Source: Anaeramoeba ignava BMAN (lineage: Eukaryota; Protista; Anaeramoebae). Taken from it: a stretch of DNA of 64,000 nucleotides. Both the position numbers and the translations under genes were made by a program. Below, piece after piece: positions 38,582 to 51,274 of the stretch; the first letter of the stretch is position 1; every line of letters starts with the position of its first letter. The notes beneath the pieces are model-generated. The model did not search any database. It was not told where the DNA came from and saw only the letters and a program-made list of their open reading frames with translations. Where the stretch lies: contig JAPDFW010000086.1 of the NCBI GenBank assembly GCA_028826165.1, forward strand, positions 124,001 through 188,000, written 5' to 3'.

Positions 38582-41500
38582 ATGTCTTTATTTCATTTAC
38601 TTTTAAACCATGATTACGAAAAACTTAAAAAAAATCTTCTTGGAAAATCTAGAGCAAAGAAAGTTAACAAAACAACAGTAAATTTTTTTTTATTTTTAAT
38701 TAACTAAATAAAAAAAATTTTTTAAAAAAAAAAAAACTAAACTTATTAAATTTTTATTTACTTTTTTTTTTTTTTAATTTCCTTTTTTTTTTTATTAATT
38801 TCAAACAAAGTCTGTAAGTTTTACTTTCTTACTTTTTTTATTTAAAATTAAAATTCATTTATAAAATTAAAATTAAAATTAAAATTAAAATTAAAATTAA
38901 AATTAAAATTAAAATTAAAATTAAAATTAAAATTAAAATTAAAATTAAAATTAAAATTAAAATTAAAATTAAAATTAAAATTCATTTATAAAATTAAAAT
39001 TAAAATTAAAATTAATATTCATTTATAAAATTAAAATTAAAATTCATATTAAAATTAAAATTAATATTAAAATTAAAATTAAAATTAAAATTAAAATTAA
39101 GGTAAGATCTTCAAAATCCTAATTTAGGAGATTTTGCCTAATTTTAAATTAAATAAGAAAAAAATAAGAAAAACACAATAAAAAAATCTAATTCAAAAAA
39201 TCCTAATTTCTCCTAATATTTTTTTTTTGACACCATTTTCCCATTGAGTCCTTAAGAAAAAACTCCTAATTTTTTTCAATAAGAAATTAGGAATTTTTGA
39301 ATATTTTTTTTTCAACAAATTTTTTTTTAACATGAAAAATTTTACAAAAATAATAACAAAATTAGGAATTCCTAATTTTCGGAATTTTCAAGATGATAAT
39401 TTCTTTTATTTTGATTTTTGATAATAAAATGCGATTTTTTCAATTATCACATGTTTGGTGTCTTGAAAATTAAAACTTACCTGACAACTTTTTAGAATTT
39501 TCCTTAAGTCGGAAGATTATATTTCCAAATTTCTTGTGGTTGGGCTTTCTTCATAATATTGTTCAAATCAAGAGGATCTAAATTTTTCTTTTGAGAAATT
39601 CTGGGTTTGGATTAATGATTTTTGAAGAGAATTGCGTTTTTGATAGTGATAATCCAAAAATTCAATTCCTCTTTTTGAATGATTTTTCATCAAAAAAAGA
39701 ATAAAAAATTTTTTTTAGTTTTTATTTTGCTGATTAGAAGTATGAAAGAGTTGATCAAGTTTATGTCAACTTAGTAGTTTTTTTCTGCAAAATAGACAAA
39801 TTTATGAAAAAGATTCAGTAAAAAAAATAGTTTTCTTGTTTAGTTTTGTAGTCTCAGGAATGGGTTTGGGGAATTTATTCCATGAAAAAAAGAATTTAGG
39901 AAAAATTAGGATTTCTTGTTTCAAAATTTTCGATTGTCATTGTCATTTTCAAAATAAATCAATAAAAAATTAGGCAAAAAACCCTAAATTAGGCAAAATC
40001 TCCTAAATTAGGATTTTGAAGATCTTACCAAAATTAAAATTAAAATTAAAATTAAAATTAAAATTCATTTATTAAATTAAAATTAAAATTAAAATTAAAA
40101 TTAAAATTAAAATTTTTTTAATTAAATTAGGATGTAAGTTGTGCAAAAATGAAAAAAAAAAACTCTTTTCTTTTTTATTTTGAATTTTGCAATTATTTAA
40201 AATAAAATATTTTTTTTTTAAATTTTAGGGAAATACACTCCTTCATTTAGCTTGTCAAAAAACAAGTCACAGAGATATAATTCCAGTTCTTCTTGATGCA
40301 GGTGCAAATCCAAATGCTCAAAATGTATTTAAAATTAAAAAAAATTTATTTAAAAAATTATATTTAAAAAATTATATTGATTTTTTAATTAGGATGTTTG
40401 TTTTAAATATATTTTCTATTTTTCTTCTGATTTAATCTCTTTTTTTTTTTATTATTAAAAAAAAATAGGCTGTTAGAAATCTATTCTTTTTTTTTTTTTT
40501 TTTTTTAATTTTTAAAATTAATTTGTTTTGATTTTTAAAAAAAAGAAAATGACACCTTTACATTTTGCTTGTTATTCAAAAATGTCAGTTAGTGTTGTTC
40601 AAAACATTATTTCTCAAGGAGGAAATCTTACTTTAAAAGATGTAAATATTAAAAAAAAAATAAGAAAAATTAAAGTGATCATTTTATTAATAAAATTTTT
40701 TTTTAGAAAGTAAAAAAATTAATTGAAAAGTTTAAATTGAAATTTTTAATTAAAATTTGATTTTTAGGATGTAATTTTTTTGATTTATAAAAAAACAACT
40801 TCATTTCAATAATAATTATTAAGGTTCTTATTTATAACTTAATTCATCTTTCTTTTATCTATTAAAATATATTCAGGGAAACTCACCTTTACATTATGCT
40901 TGCATTAATATGCCAAGAACCCAAACTGTAAATTTTTACATTTCTTTTTTTTTTTAATAAAAAATTTTATTGAAATTGAAATAAAAATCTTTTCAAATTC
41001 AAAAATAAAAGCCTTTAGGAGATATTGGAATGTTTGATTCTCCAAATCGAGATTTAATAAATGCTTTAATTTCAGCAAAAGCTCCTGTTAATGATCAAAA
41101 TGTATTAAATTAAACAAAATTATTTTTATTTGAAAAAATTTTTTATTTAATAAAATAATTTTTTTGATAGAGTGTAATTATTATTTATTTTTTCAATAAA
41201 TTTATTATTTGGATTAATTTTATTAAAATTCTTTTAGGATGTAAAAAAAAATAATTGAAGAATTTTTTAATGAAAATTTTATTTTTTAAATTTTAAATTT
41301 TAAATTAAATTTTAAAGGGAAATACTCCTTTAATTCTCCTCATTTTGAATCATGCTCTTTGTGAAGTTATTCAAGTTTTATTAGATAATAAAGCAGATGC
41401 AAATCTTCAAAATGTTTGACAAAAAAAAAAGATTTAATTAATTAATTAATTAATTAAATTTATTTATTTATTTATAATATATAAAAAAAAAGAATGTAAA

Positions 41501-44500
41501 ATTTAAAATTGAAAAATTTCATTTTCTTTTTGATTTAAAAAATGAATATTATATTTTAAATTTAAATAGAGAGTAAAAAAAAATTATTATTATTATTATT
41601 TTTTTTAAAAGAAAAAAGAAAATATTGAATTAAATTTTTTTTATTTTCAAATGATAGAAATTTTCACCTTTACATTATGCTTGCAAAAAGCCAATTAATA
41701 AATCACTTATAGATGCACTTTTAAAAGCAGGAGCAAATCCCAATTTAAAAGATGTAAATATTCATTTTGGAAAAATCAACAATATTTTTTTTTTGATAAA
41801 TATTTAATAAAACAAAATTTTTAGAAAGTAAAAAATTATTCTTTTTAAATTTAATTTTATTTTTAATTTAAAAATGAATTTATTCATTTTAATTTTTTAA
41901 ATAGTTTGATTCAGCACCATTTCATGATTTTTGTGGAGTAGATAATGATTTTGAAATAATCCAAAAATTTATTGAAGCTGGAGCTAATGTTAATATTCAA
42001 AATGTATTTAAATTTCCTTTTCTTTTTTTTTATTTTTTATTAAATTAATTTTATAAATAAAAATAGAAAGTAAAAATTTTGAAATTTAAGAAAAAATTTT
42101 TTTTAAAATTAATTAAAATTAATGAATTATTTTTGATTTAGAATGTATTTTTTTTTTAATTCAATAAATAAATAAATATTTATTTTTAAAATTATTATAG
42201 AATGAAACACCTCTTCATTTAGTTTGCAAACGTAAACCTTCTGTTGAACTTATAAAACTTTTTTACGTTAATAAATTTAATAATCAGCTAACTGATGTAA
42301 AAAAAAATAATTTAAAAAACAAAATTTGAAAAATATAAATTAATTTAAATTTAAAATAATTTTAGAAAGTAAAAAAATTTTTTTTAATTAAAGAATTGAA
42401 AGAAAAAAAATGAAAAATTATTAAAATTTAAATTTAAATTTATTAGAATGTAAAAATTTTTTTTAATTTATTTTTTAATATATATTTTTTAATATATTTT
42501 TTTAATATATTTTTTAATATATTTTTTAATTTATTTTTTAATTTATTTTTTTAATATATTTTTTTAATATAAATAGTCTGATACACCTTTACATATTGCT
42601 TGTAAATATCGAGCAAGTCCAGAAGCTATTCGAGCTCTTCTTGATCATGGAGCAAATATTAATGCAGAAGATGTAAAAATTTATTAAATTGAAAATTAAT
42701 AAAAATTTAAATTGAAAATTAATAAAAATTTAAATTGAAAATTTATTAAATTGAAAAATTTTTTATTAAATTAAAAAATTAGGTTGTAAGTATTTCAATA
42801 AAAATAAATTTATTTAAAAATATTAAATTGATTTTCAAATGAAAAGAATGTAAAAAAATTTTTTTTGATTTGAAATGAAAAAAAAAATTGAGTTAATAAA
42901 TTTTAATATTTAAAATAATAGCAACATACCGCTCTTCATGTTGCATGTATGTGCCAAGCTTCTAAAGAAGTAGTTGAATTATTATTACAAACTGATGCAA
43001 TTGTTAATGGAGTTGATGTAAAAAAATTATTTAAATTTAAAAAAGAAAATTTAAATTTAAATTTAAATTTTAAATATTTTCTTTTTTTAGTTGGTAAAAA
43101 ATATATTTGAAGATGAATAATTTAAAATTATTTAAAAATTTGTTTTTATTTATAGAATGTAAAATATAAACAAAAAAAATTTTAAATATTTTTATTTAAA
43201 TATTTTATTTATTTATTAATAAATTAATTTTTTAGGAAAATACACCACTTCATTATGCAGCAAGATTTAAAATGGATATTGAACCAATTAAAGTACTTAT
43301 AGATTATGGAGCAGATATTTATTTTAAAAATGTAATTGAAAAAAATGAAAAATTAAACTTAAAATAATATTAAATCAAAAATAAAATAGAAAGTAAAATT
43401 TTATTATTTTTAAATTTAAAATTAAAAAATTAAAATTATTTTTTTTTAGGATGTAAATTTAATTTTAAATTTAATTTTTAAAAAAAAAAATATTCAATCT
43501 ATAAAATAAATCTTTTACAGGGAAAAACACCATATGATTTTGCAAATGAAGACTTGCAAAAAGTATTTAAAGATTATCCAAAACAACGGGAAAATTTATT
43601 ACGAACACAAATCTCAACATTACAAAGAAACGAACAGAAAGTAAAAGAGCAATCAGAAAAGCTTAAAAAATTAGAATTACAACTAGCAAAAAAGGAGCAA
43701 GAATTGCATGAGCAAAACGAGAAGATCAAGAGTTTCAAACAAACAATCCCAACAAAAGCTTTATCAATTACGGAACTCGATTTTGATGGGGATTCACCAT
43801 TGATCCCCAAAAGAGAAAGCCATATGGGAATAACAGACATAGATATGGACGATGTTGAGATTGTAAAGTTTGTGGCAAAAGGAAGTTTCAAAGAAGTGCA
43901 TAAGGGAGTATGGTTAGGACTTGATGTGGCGGTTATGAAACTCTTATCCGGAGCAAATATGACTGAAGCCGAACGCGCTGATTTTGAAAACGAACTCTCG
44001 ATGCTCAGCAATCTTAGACATCCAAATATCGTACAATTTTTAGGCGCTAGTTTGGACCCAAAGAATATGTGCATAATTGTTGAGTTTTGTGATCGTGGAG
44101 ACTTACACAGTTATCTCATGTCAAAAGCTGTCATCAATGACGAAACTAAATTGGAACTTGCTTTAGATATTACAAAAGGAATTTATTTTCTTCATTCAAA
44201 CAAAATTGTTCATCGTGATTTGAAGTCTCCAAATATCTTACTCAACCATAAAGGTGTTGCTAAGATCACCGATTTTGGAATGTCAAAAGCAGTGACAACT
44301 TCAAATCCTAATTTGAATACTTTTGTCGGAACTTTTAATTGGATGGCTCCAGAAATCATGTATGGAGAACCCTATTCCTTTGCGGCAGATATTTATGCCT
44401 TGGGAATTATCCTTTGGGAAATTGATAATAGAAAAATCCCTTTTGATGGTCTCTCTTTTGCTCAGTTAACAATGAAAGTAGCCATTCAAGGTGAAAGACC

Positions 44501-44627
44501 TCCTTTAAATCCAAACGGTATTTTTAACGATATTATTCCTGATTGTTGGAAAAGAGATCCTTCCGAAAGATTAAATATCAAGCAGGTTTATACAAAATTA
44601 AAAGCAATTGATCTTAAGAAAAAATGA
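38582..44627 (+). CDS. Ankyrin-repeat (10 full repeats + caps) / coiled-coil / TKL protein kinase, ~757 aa, 34 exons
   Basis: Large exons 38582-38677, 40229-40324, 40546-40641, 40877-40927, 41012-41101, 41318-41413, 41658-41753, 41905-42003, 42201-42296, 42577-42672, 42922-43017, 43236-43331, 43521-44627, plus 21 three-nt exons. TPLH ankyrin motifs; kinase motifs HRDLKSPN, DFG, GTFNWMAPE. Confidence 0.88.
38811..43452 (+). other. Array of 21 single-codon (3-nt) microexons
   Basis: AG-NNN-GT at 38811, 40131, 40393, 40469, 40707, 40768, 41171, 41238, 41493, 41570, 41825, 42067, 42142, 42366, 42447, 42783, 42847, 43091, 43156, 43390, 43450. Confidence 0.85.
39101..40029. mobile_element. Non-autonomous DNA transposon (MITE-like, possibly Merlin/IS1016-type), 929 bp
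   Basis: Perfect 44-bp TIRs (GGTAAGATCTTCAAAATCCTAATTTAGGAGATTTTGCCTAATTT). Flanks are compatible with an AAAATTAA TSD. Subterminal CCTAATT/AATTAGG repeats, no long ORF. Confidence 0.85.
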
Positions 44628-45016
44628 AACAAAATTTGGGAAAATTTGGAAAAATTTAAAAATTGAAAAAGTGGATCTTGTTTTTTCTTTTTTTTTTTTG
44701 CTTTTTTGCTTTTTTGCTTTTTTCTTTTTTTCTTTTTTTTGCTAGTTCAAGATTTTTCTTCTCAAATTTGCTTGATATTCCATATTTCTCTCTTCTAATT
44801 TTGTATTATATCTCTTTCTACATTGATCTCTTCAGATTTCATAAGCTAATTTTTTCCTTTCAATTCTTAATAATCTTTTCTCATTTTCTTTTTACTCTTT
44901 TTTTTTTTTTACTTTCTTTTTGATTTTTTGATTTTTTTCTACTTTTCTTAATTAGCAAACAAAAATAAAAAAAATTTTTTTCATTTTTTTCATTTTTTTC
45001 AACTTTTTTAAATAAA

Positions 45017-46493
45017 ATGGAAAATTATTTAAATTTAGAAAAACTTTCAAATGATTTAAAAAATTTATTTCAAAATCAAAATCAAAATCAAAATCAAAAC
45101 CAAAACCAAAATGAAGATGAAAGTTATTTTGATTTTGAAATAATTTGTGAACAAAATCAAACTTCAATTAAAACTCATAAATCAATTCTTTCTTCAAGAA
45201 GTCAATATTTTAAATCACTTTTCAAATCTAAAATGAAAGAATATCAAGAAAATAAAATGATTCTTCAAGATGTTTCAAGTTCAATTTTATTCACAGTTTT
45301 GAGCTATTTTTATTCAGGAAAGATTGAAATTAATTTCGAAAATGCAATTCAAATTTTACTTTTTTCATCAAAATATTTAATTGATGAATTAATTGATTTT
45401 TCTTCAAATTTTATCAAAAAGAATTTACAAATTGAAACTATTGTCGATGTTCTTAAATTATCTGAATCAATGAACTTCAATCAATTATTGGATTCTTCTT
45501 ATCAATTTATTTTGGAGAATTTTGAAGAATTTATGAAAACTCCATTTTTTCTTGAACTTGAAGAAAATCATTTAAATTTTATTTTATCAAAAGAGGAACT
45601 TTTTACAAATGAATTCGAAATTTTCCAATCAATAATAAAATGGGGAAAACATAAATCAAATATTAATCAAGAAAAAGAAGTGAATAAAAGAAAAAGAGAA
45701 AATACAAAATCAAATTTCAAATATTATTGATAAAATCAGATTTATTGATTTTACAAAAGAAGAACTTAGCAATACTTTGAAAGAAGATTTAATTCCAAAT
45801 GAAATTTCAAAGAAATTAATTCAATTCCAAAAACTTGAAAATCAAGGAAGAAATTCAAAGAAAATCCAAAAATTGATTGAAAAAGAAAATTCATTAATTT
45901 TCAAGAGAAGAATACGATTTGACTCAGCAATAATAAAAGATACGAAGCATTTCAAGAAACTAAAAGAATGGATCAATGATAATGAATTCTTTTTCCAAAT
46001 GAAAAAAGGATATTCAGCGAAAAGAGATGGATTTTCGACAGGAATATTTCATAAGAAATGTGACAATAAAGGAAAAACATTAATAATTTTTCAAACAACA
46101 AATGATTATGTTTTTGGAGGATTTACAAAAGTTGGCTGGCTTCCCGATAAATCCAAATGGAGCCATGATGCAGGAGATTGGGGAAGAATTGCGGATTCAA
46201 ATGCATTTATTTATTCAATAATAAATCCAAAAGGAGATTTTCCACAAAAATTTCCTATTAAACCAAGTGAAATTGATTGTGCTATTGGTTATGGTGATGA
46301 AAGAGGCCCGATTTTTGGTGGAAAAGGAAGTGATATTGCTCTTTTTGATAATTGTCAACCTGGTTGGATTAGTTTTGGTCAAACTTATCAACTTCCAAAA
46401 GGATTGGTTTTTGGTAATCCAGAAACTAATAATTATTTAACTGGTTCATCTTATGGTTGGAGTTTAAAAGAAATTGAAGCTTTTTTTATTTAA
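45017..46493 (+). CDS. BTB-BACK-TLDc protein (frameshift/short deletion near 45680)
   Basis: BTB motif HKSILSSRSQYFKSLF; TLDc motifs CDNKGKTL, VFGGFT, GPIFGG. Confidence 0.8.
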
Positions 46494-46586
46494 ATTTCAA
46501 AATTCATTTTTTTCTTTTTTTTCTTTTTTTTTCTTTTCAAAATTCATTTTTTTCTTTTTTTTTCATTTTTTTTCTTTTCAAAATAA

Positions 46587-49500
46587 ATGAATCAAGAAAA
46601 TTTAAAAAACAAAATTTTTCAAAAAACACAAAAATCAAAACAAAATTTGAATCATAAAAATGAATTTGAAAATGAAAACATAAAAAATAAAAATGGAAAA
46701 CAAAATAGAAAAATTAAAAGAAAATTGAAAAAGAAAATGAAAAAACAAGAATTAAAAAATAATCAACAAAATATCAAAACAAAACAAAATGAAATTGATA
46801 ATAAAATTGATAACAAAATTGATAATAAAAATCAAAATGAAATTGATAATAAAATTGATAACGAAATTGATAATAAAAATAAAAATGAATTTGAAATTGA
46901 AAACATAAAAAAATAAAAATGGAAAAACAAAAAAATAGAAAAAAATAAAAAAATGAAAATTGAAAAAGAAAATAGAAAAAAAAACAAAATTAAAAAGAAA
47001 AATCAACAAAATATCAAAAATCAAATCAAAAAATAAAATTCAAAATGAAATTGATAATAAAATTGATAAACAAAATTGATAATAAAATTGATAATAAAAA
47101 TAATAAAATTGAAATTGATAACAAAAAATTGATAATAAAAATAAAAATGAATTTGATAATAAAATTGATAAAAACATAAAAATAAAAATGGAAAAACAAA
47201 ATAAAAATAAGAATGGAAAACAAAATAGAAAAATTAAAAGGAAATTGAAAAAGAAAATGAAAAAACAAGAATTAAAAAACAATCAACAAAATATCAAATC
47301 AAATCAAAATGAATTTGATAATAAAATTGATAATAAAATTGATAATAAAATTGATAATAAAATTGATAACAAAATTGATAACAAAAATACAAAATGAATT
47401 TGAAAATGAAAACATAAAAAATAAGAATGGAAAACAAAATAGAAAAATTAAAAGGAAATTGAAAAAGAAAATGAAAAAACAAGAATTAAAAAATAATCAA
47501 CAAAATATTAAAACAAATCAAAATAAAATTGATAATAAAATTGATAATAAAATTGATAATAAAATTGATAATAAAATTGATAACGAAATTGATAATAAAA
47601 ATAAAAATGAATTTGAAAATGAAAACATAAAAAATAAGAATGGAAAACAAAATAGAAAAATTAAAAAGAAAACTAAAATAGAAAAATTAAAAGGAAATTG
47701 AAAAAGAAAATGAAAAAACAAGAATTAAAAAACAATCAACAAAATATCAAATCAAATCAAAATGAAATTCAAAATGAAATTCAAAATAAAATTGATAACA
47801 AAATTCAAAATGAAATTGATAATAAAATTCAAAATGAAATTGATAACAAAATTGATAACAAAATTGATAACAAAATTGATAACAAAAAACAAAATGAAAA
47901 AATCAACAAAAAAATCAAAAAACATAAAAATAAAATGATAATAAAAAACAAAATAGAAAAATTAAAAAAAAAATGAATTTGAAAAATGAAAATAAAATTG
48001 AAAAAGAAAATGAAAAAACAAGAATTAAAAAACAATCAACAAAATATCAAATCAAATCAAAATGAAATTCAAAATGAAATTGATAATAAAATTGATAACA
48101 AAATTGATAATAAAATTGATAATGAAATTGATAATAAAATTGATAATAAAAATCAAAATGAATTTGAAAATGAAAACATAAAAAATAAGAATGGAAAACA
48201 AAATAGAAAAATTAAAGGAAAATGGAAAAGAAAATGAAAAAACAAGAATTAAAAAATAATCAACAAAATATTAAAACAAATCAAAATGAAATTCAAAATT
48301 AAAAATAATCAACAAAATATTAACAAAAAAACAAATAAAAAAATGAAGAAAAATTAAAAGAAAATTGATAACAAAAAAAACAAAAAAATTCAAAATAAAA
48401 TTGATAATAAAATTGATAATAAAATTGATAATAAAATTGATAATAAAATTGATAATAAAATTGATAACAAAAAACAAAATGAATTTGAAAATGAAAACAT
48501 AAAAAATAAGAATTTGAAAATGAAAAAAAAAAAATAGAAAAATTAAAAAAAAATTGAAAACAAAAAGAAAATGAAAAACAAGAATTAAAAATAATCAACA
48601 AAATATTAAAACAAATCAAAATAAAATTGATAATAAAATTGATAATAAAATTGATAATAAAATTGAAAATAAAATTGATAACAAAAATCAAAATGAATTT
48701 GAAAATGAAAACATAAAAAATAAGAATGGAAAACAAAATAGAAAAATTAAAAGAAAAATGAGAAAGAAAACAAAAAAGAAAATGAAAAAACAAGAATTAA
48801 AAAATAATCAACAAAATATTAAAACAAATCAAAATGAAATTCAAAATGAAATTGATAATAAAATTGATAATGAAAATAAAAAAATTAATAAAATGAAATT
48901 CAAAATGAAATTGATAACAAAATTCAAAATGAAATTGATAATGAAATTGATAATGAAATTCAAAATGAAATTCAAAATGAAATTAAAAATGAAATTGATA
49001 ATGAAACAGCCAAAAAACTTTTAGAGATAATTTTTAAAGATTCAAAAATTATTGAAGATTTTGAATATGTTAAAAAACTTAAACGATGGATTGAAGATGA
49101 TAATTTTTTTAATTCAATGAAACTTGGATATTCAGGAAAAAGAGATGGATTTTTTACAAAAATATTTCATGAAAAATGTGATTCAAAAGGAAAAACATTA
49201 GTTTTAATAAAATCAAAAGAAAATTATATATTAGGAGGATTTAACAGAAGTTGGATGGAAAGATACAAAAATGGAATACATTCCAGATCCAAAAGCTTTT
49301 ATATTCACTTTAAAAAATCCAAAAGAAAATCCAAGTCAAAAATTTCCAATCAAAAAAGATCATGAAGAAATTGCTATTTTTTCAGATCCTATTTATGGTC
49401 CTGTTTTTGGGAATTATCATTATGGTGGTGATATTAGTGCAAATTTTAGTGATTTGAATGAAGGAAATTCTTATGCTTTTGGTCAAGCTTATACTGTTCC

Positions 49501-49600
49501 TTTTGGAATAGGATTATATTCATTGGAATCAATGAATTATTTAGCTGGTGGAAATGGAAAATGGAGAATAAAAGAATTGGAATGTTTTTTTTTGATTTGA
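46587..49600 (+). pseudogene. TLDc-domain gene with large degenerate N-terminal coding repeat; many frameshifts
   Basis: Repeated blocks (KQELKNNQQNIK...IDNKIDNK...NEFENENIK) lead into a TLDc domain at about 49030-49600 (CDSKGKTL, ILGGF, YGPVFG). Confidence 0.6.
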
Positions 49601-49726
49601 TTTGAACTAGCAAAAAAATTATAATAAAGATAATAAAACAATCTTTATTAATCTTTTTATTTTGATTATTATTATGTTTATTATTTATTATTTTATTTAT
49701 CTTCTTTTTTTTTTGTTTTTTAATTT

Positions 49727-51274
49727 TTAAAAATCTTGATATAATTCAATTATTGCTTTGTTAGAATTTAAATTTTCAAGAGGAACTTCAATAACTTTTC
49801 CATTTTGTTCAGTAAATTTAATCTAAAAATAAAAATTAAAAATTAAAATTAAAATTAAAATTAAAATTAAAATTTTTTTTTACAAAATTTGGAGAAATTG
49901 TTGAAATTTTGCATTTAACTCCTAAATTAAGATCATTTTGTTTTGAATCATCTTGGAAACTTAAAATAACAGTAGATCCAACAAAAAATAAAGATGATTT
50001 ATAAATTAGAAGTTTGTTTTTTCTAGTTACAATTGCTTGACGTTTTTGATTTTTTTCTTTTTCTTTTTTTTTTTCTTTTTTTTCTTCTTTTTGATTACAA
50101 TTAAGAATAAATCGATTATAAGCTTTTTCACATTTGGATTCAAATTCTTCTTGATGTTTTCTAATTTCACATTCATATTCATTCCGTAAATTTTGTAATT
50201 TAAGGATAAAAGAAAATCTATTTTCTAAAAAAAATTCTTCTCTTTTTTTATTTAATTCAGTAAATGTTTTTTGGAGTTTTCTTAATGATTTTGATTTGTT
50301 TTTTGAAAGCATATTTTTTGTAAGAAGATCGATTTTTGAGTTTTTATTTTTTTGATTTTTTTCATTTTCATTTTCATTTTCATTTTCATTTTCATTTTGA
50401 TTTTCATTTTCATTTTCATTTTCATTTTCATTTTCATTTTCATTTTGATTTTGATTTTGATTTTCAATTTGATTTTCATTTTCATTTTCATTTTCATTTT
50501 CATTTTCATTTTCATTTTGATTTTCATTTTCATTTTGATTTTCATTTTCATTTTCATTTTCATTTTCATTTTCATTTTCATTTTCATTTTCATTTTCATT
50601 TTCATTTTCATTTTCATTTTCATTTTCATTTTCATTTTCATTTTGATTTTCATTTTCATTTTCATTTTGATTTTCAATTTCATTTTGATTTTCAATTTCA
50701 TTTTTTTCATTTTCATTTTCATTTTCATTTTCATTTTCAATTTGATTTTCATTTTTTCATTTTCAATTTGATTTTCATTTTGATTTTCATTTTGATTTTC
50801 AATTTCATTTTTTTTCATTTTCATTTTCATTTTCATTTTCAATTTGATTTTCATTTTCATTTTCATTTTCATTTTCAATTTGATTTTCATTTTCATTTTC
50901 ATTTTCATTTTCATTTTCATTTTCATTTTCAATTTCATTTTCATTTTCATTTTCATTTTCACTTTCATTTTGATTTTGATTTTCATTTTCATTTTGATTT
51001 TCATTTTCATTTTCATTTTCATTTTGATTTTCATTTTCATTTTCATTTCATTTTTTTCATTTTCATTTTCATTTTCATTTTCATTTTCATTTTCATTTTC
51101 ATTTTCATTTTCAATTTCATTTTGATTTTCATTTTCATTTTGATTTTCATTTTCATTTTCATTTTCATTTTTTTGATTTTGATTTTGATTTTTGATTTCA
51201 TTTTCATTTTCATTTTCATTTTCGATTTGATTTTGATTTTGATTCTCTTTTATTTCAATTCCGTTTCTTTCCAT
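49727..51274 (-). CDS. Hypothetical protein with (EN)n N-terminus, coiled coil and possible Sds3/BRMS1-like C-terminus
   Basis: Intron 49883-49823; last exon IKFTEQNGKVIEVPLENL...; frameshifts inside the GAAAAT tract. Similarity to Sds3 judged by eye only. Confidence 0.45.

Noticed and set aside
39101-40029. Introner element or autonomous transposon
   Set aside because: The element ends in ...CTTACC without an acceptor AG, lies inside an existing intron, and has no transposase ORF.
38811-43452. Zero-length recursive splice sites instead of microexons
   Set aside because: AG and GT are always separated by exactly 3 nt, and those codons are needed for the ankyrin consensus and repeat length.
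43574-44074. 166-aa antisense ORF over the kinase exon
   Set aside because: Shadow ORF of a less AT-rich coding strand; no recognisable motifs.
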